A DNA stretch of 64,000 bases from Eledone cirrhosa (Eukaryota), in NCBI GenBank assembly GCA_964016885.1, contig OZ024745.1, forward strand, positions 46,190,001-46,254,000, in the 5' to 3' direction. The notes under the pieces are model-generated. The model had not been told where the DNA came from. It did no database searches and worked only from the letters and a program-made list of their open reading frames with translations. The translations under genes and the position numbers were made by a program. Of the stretch, positions 57,218-64,000 are shown in pieces (positions within the stretch are counted from its first letter, which is position 1; the number at the start of each line of letters is the position of its first letter).

Positions 57218-58050
57218 CTTGAGATGTCTTGGTGTGATGTCCTTGCACAAAGAAACTTCTTTCTGTGACAAATCCACAGAAGATAGAGGGTAAACAACTT
57301 CTCCAATGATTTCATCTCGTGAGAACCTGTCAAAGCTGAGGACAACAAAATGAAGAGTAATACCAGGAAGCTGGTTATAGCTAATACCATAAAATGTAAA
57401 TGTTTCGTCATAAACTGGATTCAATGTCTTCCTGAGAACCCGAGTCTTGCATTTGTGTTTTTTCTCTGGAAGCAGTTGCAGTTTGATGTATGGATCACAC
57501 CCTCCTATGCTTGGGTCTCTTGGTGGAAGCTCTGAGGCCTGCATGATTGTCACCAAGAGAGCGTTTTTCTGAGAATCATACTCAGTTGAGAAATGAAGTG
57601 TTCCAAGATGTTGTGTTTTCAGGTCATCTTCGTGTTTCTCTCGCATACACTCATCCTTCTCAGGTGTTGCACCATCTTTTTCGTTTTCAATGCTATACTC
57701 GGCTTTCACATGGGATGGATCAAATTGTGATGGAAGAGGACCTCCTCCGCCACCACTTGTTCCACTACCACTGCTTTGGCCTCTCTCAGCAAGACTTCCA
57801 CCAATGTGCTCACCCGAGGAAGGATAGGTTGGGCTTGTTGCTTTTGATTTCATGATAACTTTTCGGGCTGAGGATGTCTTTTTCAAATTTCCATTGTTGC
57901 TCTCTTTCAACCCTTTTTTAATGGCTGATGAGAGACGATTCTGTGCATTTTTGGCCAGCCTTCTTTTGTAGCATTTGTAAGCAACAGCTGTAGCTGTGGC
58001 AAACATTACCATGACACCAAAGCAAACTCCAACTATGGCACTGGCAGAAA
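57218..58050 (-). CDS. Syt4: Synaptotagmin-4-like exon: TM helix, basic linker, C2A domain
   Basis: Acceptor ttttatatttcag| (phase 1) and donor AAG|gtattt (phase 0). TM AIVGVCFGVMVMFATATAVAY followed by KCYKRR. C2A motifs CDPYIKLQLLP, KTRVLRKTLNPVYDETF and VLSFDRFSRD, the last with the Asp-to-Ser change diagnostic of Syt4/11. Confidence 0.93.
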
Positions 58051-59851
58051 CTGAAATATAAAACAAAAAATAATAATTAGTTTATTAGAATTGATTAAGC
58101 AGTTTATAGACACATTTAATACCCTTTTTTTTCCCCAGTTGTTCCCTCGGTATTAAAACTTTACTAAATACTTCTTCCCTAGAATTTCATCCCACTTGAA
58201 ATCGTTTTTTTCCTATGTTCATCCTTTAATTACTAACAGGAAAAAGACTTTAGAGAAACTCTAAGATGTACTAACTTTACCTCACTATTACTGATTCCAG
58301 TTTAAAAGGACCTAAATTAGCTTTCAAAACAATCTAATCTAACTAATTAAAAAATCAAGACAAGTTTAGAAGATTGAATGACTTCTTTTTAAGTTAAAAA
58401 TATCGAGTATTACTTCACTTACTTGCCAAAAAACGTAGACCAAAAACTAATGATGAGGTGAGTTTTAACCCATCAAGTTTAATGCAACAAGATGTCAGTA
58501 AGTGCAATCGAACCTAGAACTGTCTGGTTGCAAGTAAATGTTTTTAACCCATCTGATATCAACCTGCCTGAGACTGCCCCTGGTTCTATGAAATAGCACC
58601 TCTAATTTTAAACTTTTCATATCTAAATTAAAACCTTTGTGATTTTATGTGAGAACCTTTTGTTATATTCCAAACACTAGACTAATAATAATTTTTTTAA
58701 TTAGTTGTTTTACTAAATCCCTCCAAATTCATGATTATTTTAAAAATTAAATAACATACATTGATAGTGTGTTTTATTAGAAATATGGTAACATGGGTTA
58801 ACCATTATGCTTGCAACTCAGCTATCTAAATTTTTTTCAGTGTAACTATAAATCTGTCATCGGAAACTATTTAAAATAGAATAATTGTTCTAAACCATAG
58901 AATCAGAATGAGATCAATGCCATGTTTATAACTCAAATTACCTTAACATCTAAATCTGGAATACATAATAGAGATGACAAATACACCATGAAATTTTGTT
59001 ATCACTACAGGTATTAGTTTGTTATTCCATTCTATTTTATTTCAAGCATAAAGAACCACAAACAATAAAATCTCTCAGTTTAAAATATTAAATACTTGGA
59101 TTCTAGTTTTATGTATGTTCTTTTGGAGATTATATTACTCAGTGTTTGTATAATGTTGAAGCAATTATCTTCCTACCTAGATTCTTTTTTATTATCATTC
59201 ATTCATTTGTAAACATTGAAGCCAGTTTGATTATGTGTAATGCACAAAGACATAACATAGAGGCTATTGTAAGATTTTAAATTACTACTGTGAAGTTATT
59301 GGTGCCACCTCTAAACCATACAGCCATTGTATCTTAACGGGAATCTCAGAAAAATATGAGTTAAGTATTTGACTTTTACATTTTCATCTTAAATTATCAA
59401 TCTGTTTAAATTTGAAGATAAACTTTATAATAGGGATGTATATGAAAGCATATATGATATGTTTATGTATAATAAACATTCATAGTGACACTCTTGAATG
59501 TTTGTTGAACAGAAACATATATATGTTTTTATATACATCCCTATTAGGAACCACACTATGCTAGTGTTATAGCTAAGTAAACTTTATAATGGTAATGTAT
59601 TTCACAAAGTTGCAAGGTCTTGTGGTTAGTGTTGAATTCACAATCATAAAGTACTAGGCTCAATTCTAAGTTTTGGTTGTGTATTTATTTTACATTGTCC
59701 CAGTTCACTCGGCAAAAAATGAGCCCAAGCAGCAGCAGACTTTCAATCACTTAACATCACATGAAACCAGGCTAAACTCCAGCCTGTATCACACAAGCAT
59801 TTTACTACTTTCCAAGTCTTTTTTAACTTACCTCTGTATGTAACAGTTTAA

Positions 59852-60071
59852 CCCTTTAGCATTTACATTACTCTATATTTACTATTGTATTTTTGTGGTA
59901 AAGGCTTTATCTTAGATAATTATCTTACATAATATCAAATCTATGAGATTTTGATATTACTTATTTTGCGAACAATACCTTAACATCAGTATGAGCAGTT
60001 GGTTATAGCTGGTATGAAAAGAAAAAGTGAGAGAATTCTGGCCGGATACAGCCAGTTTAGAGGCTAAAGAG
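59852..60071. mobile_element. piggyBac-like MITE
   Basis: TTAA|CCCTTTAGC ... GCTAAAGAG|TTAA. Confidence 0.7.
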
Positions 60072-61045
60072 TTAAAGTATATATTTTCTCAATAGTTTTA
60101 AAGTCTAATAGCTTATTCATTTATATGTTTATAAAATGGTATTAATGTGTGTGTTTTATATATACAAATAGCAAGTGAATGTGTGCTCAAAACATTTCTA
60201 TTATATAAAACTTAATATGTTGGTAGGTTTAAATTCATGCTTAACAACAAATAGGGAGAGTAAAAAAACGATGGAATGGATCTTCATCTGTTTTGACGAT
60301 GTGTGTTGAAATTGTTCAATCAGTGGGATAGCTTGCTCACAAAAATTAACGAGTAGGTGGCTGAGCATTCCACCAACATGTGTACTTTTAACATAATTCT
60401 CTGGGAGATTTAGCATGTCACAGTGACAAGGCTGGACCTTTGAATTGCATGTACAATCCATCCAACAGGCTTCCAAACAGTTTCTGCCTACACAATTTCC
60501 TTCACAAGGCATGGGCCAACACAAGGCTATGGTAAATGACACTTGCTCAATTTGCCACACAGTAGGACCAAACCCAGGATCTAATGATTGCAAAGTAAAC
60601 TTATTCACCATTTGACCATGTTGCATTCACAAACAAAAAAGACAGACAGTGCGAGAATTAATGTATGGGTTGAATGAGGAGTATAAATACTGACATGTAA
60701 AGAGTGAGAGAGATACAGAGTTGAACAACTGCTAAAATGAGAGGACACTTATAACATGTATAGGGGGTTTAACGCTTATAACATTTATAGGAAGGGCATC
60801 CAGCCGTAAAAAGCTGGCCAAACTAAGGGTTGGGAGTACCCTTCGGTTTAGGCCAAAAGACACCTGCACTCAATATGACCATACGTAAGTGGGATACAGA
60901 CCCGTCAGCCTGTCTGGGTGGTTAGTAGCCCCACTTCAGTACTAACTTGGTCTATGTAGACCCGACCAGCCCTTGCTAGCACAGAAAGCGCTTGTTAAAT
61001 GATGATGATGATGATGATATGTGTGTATGTGTATATGTGTGTGTG

Positions 61046-61048
<3 letters not shown>

Positions 61049-61102
<54 letters not shown>
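61049..61102. repeat. (GA)n
   Basis: Seen directly. Confidence 0.95.
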
Positions 61103-61105
<3 letters not shown>

Positions 61106-61480
61106 GACATTTCAACAGAACTCTCCAGAAGTTTTAAAAAATACCTAATAAATCTATTTCAGAAAGAGTGAATGAAGAAATAATGACTCAGAGGAAGAAA
61201 TGAAATGACAGCCATGGAGGAAAAAATAAAGATAGACAGAGAGAAAGAAAGAAAAAAAAGAGTGGGAAGCTTGTTGCTATGACTATATCAGTGAAGTCTG
61301 CATTTTCTGTACAAATAGCTAGAATGAGTTATTGATCTGTGATTATTATTCAGCCTGTATGATGGCGGTGGTAGAGGTGATGTTGGATTGGGATGGAAAA
61401 AGGTGGAAAGCAAAACAACAGACCACTATGTGTAATCAAATGAATAAGGAAGAAAAAAATAAGGTTTTAGGTTATATATA

Positions 61481-61516
<36 letters not shown>

Positions 61517-61567
61517 TATATATAACCTAAAAGCTTATTTTTTTCTTATATATATATATGTATATAC

Positions 61568-61630
<63 letters not shown>

Positions 61631-61770
61631 ATATACTATATATATAATATATATATATATATATGTATATATATCTATATATATATATACTATATTTATA
61701 TATATACTATATATATACTATATTTATATATATATACTATATATATATATACTATATATATGTGTGTATG

Positions 61771-62761
<991 letters not shown>

Positions 62762-62775
62762 ATATATATATGGAC

Positions 62776-63123
62776 GGAGGCACATGGCTTAGTGGTTAGA
62801 TCATTGGCCTTGCAATCGAAAGGTTGTGAGTTCCATTCTCAGACCGGGTGATGTGTTGTTTCCTTGAGCAAGACACTTTATTTCACATTGCTCCAGTTTA
62901 CTCAGCTGTAGAAATGAGATGATAGGGAATGGGGTCCCTATCATTCCACTGTAAAGTGGTTGTGGAGTTGCCACGGCAAAAAAGCACCCAGCACTCACTG
63001 TAAATGAGGTTGGTGTTAGGAAGGGTATCCAGCTGTAGAAATCAAGCCAAAATCAGTTCCCGTCCCACCCTTGCAAGCAAGGAAAAAGCGGACGTAAAAT
63101 GAAATGATGATGAAATGATGATG
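62776..63123 (+). mobile_element. SINE family 1
   Basis: Near-identical to 20111-20457. Confidence 0.85.
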
Positions 63124-63349
63124 TACCTCCCCGGCGGGGAATATATATTACTAAAAATATATACTATATATAAGCTAAAAATGTGTAAATTTAAATACGC
63201 ATTTACACAATCTTGGCTACATCTATTCTGTATATATTGAGATAACTTTATCATGAATATATGTGTGTGTAACGGTAATGATGATGATGATGATATATAT
63301 ATATATATGTATTTATATATATGCATATGTATATGTGTGTGTGTGTGTG

Positions 63350-63406
<57 letters not shown>

Positions 63407-63844
63407 GTATATATATGCATATGTATATGTGTGTGTGTGTAATCACCATCAGCCTCTTTTAACATCCATTTTTGCATGCTGGCACATATGTCTATGTATA
63501 CATTTATCTATATAAAGATGTAGATGTAGATAGACATATTCAGGTCTACACATGACTATTCTTTACCTACAAGTTTCTCATGAATACTCAATGTGAACGC
63601 CACAGATGACAACTAAGCCCCTCACTAGTTAAGACCATCACTGTTTCAATTCCATGCTGAAGTCATTCTGCTTCACACAAGCCATATCAATCACTACTTC
63701 GTCAATCAGAGGCCTTGTGCCAGCATATGGGTGTGGTTTCAAGTCTGATCATGTTCATATTTATATATTTATACTTCTTGATGTTATCTATATTTTATAA
63801 AATAAAACACACACACACACACACACACACATGATATATCATCA

Positions 63845-64000
63845 CGGTGAATTGGCAGTATCGGTAGAGGGTTAGACGCCATGCTTTCTAGCATAGTTAC
63901 GTCCCTTTACAGTCTGAGTTCAAATCCCGCTGAGGTTAACTTTGCCTTTCATCCTTACGGGGTCGATAAAATAAAGTACCCGTAATGTACTGGGTAATTG
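63845..64000 (+). mobile_element. SINE family 2 (runs off the window)
   Basis: A and B boxes and core present. Confidence 0.8.

Noticed and set aside
57194-58066. ORF-track ends of the C2 ORFs (also 23368-23481 and 1523-1578)
   Set aside because: They read through splice sites into intron; boundaries were reset to the GT-AG sites.

Overview
AT-rich animal DNA, most likely a coleoid cephalopod such as Octopus (inferred from the repeat families). Nearly the whole window is intronic to one minus-strand synaptotagmin-4/11-like gene. Three coding exons are visible: TM-linker-C2A (58050-57218), a second diverged C2A-like exon (24057-23482) and the start of C2B (1702-1579). The first coding exon was not found and the remaining C2B exons lie outside the window. 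Two things stand out. (1) The extra C2A exon is an intact 576-nt phase 0-0 cassette that begins at TAG|GTAAGT, a recursive-splice-type junction, which suggests a switch between 2-C2, 3-C2 and possibly TM-less isoforms. (2) The introns hold several families of short fold-back elements at (TA)n tracts that carry whole or half hammerhead ribozymes, probably mobilised by Penelope-like elements. The rest is RTE LINEs with a PHD finger inside ORF2, tRNA-derived SINEs, TTAA MITEs and microsatellites. All alignments were done by eye; repeat boundaries are approximate.
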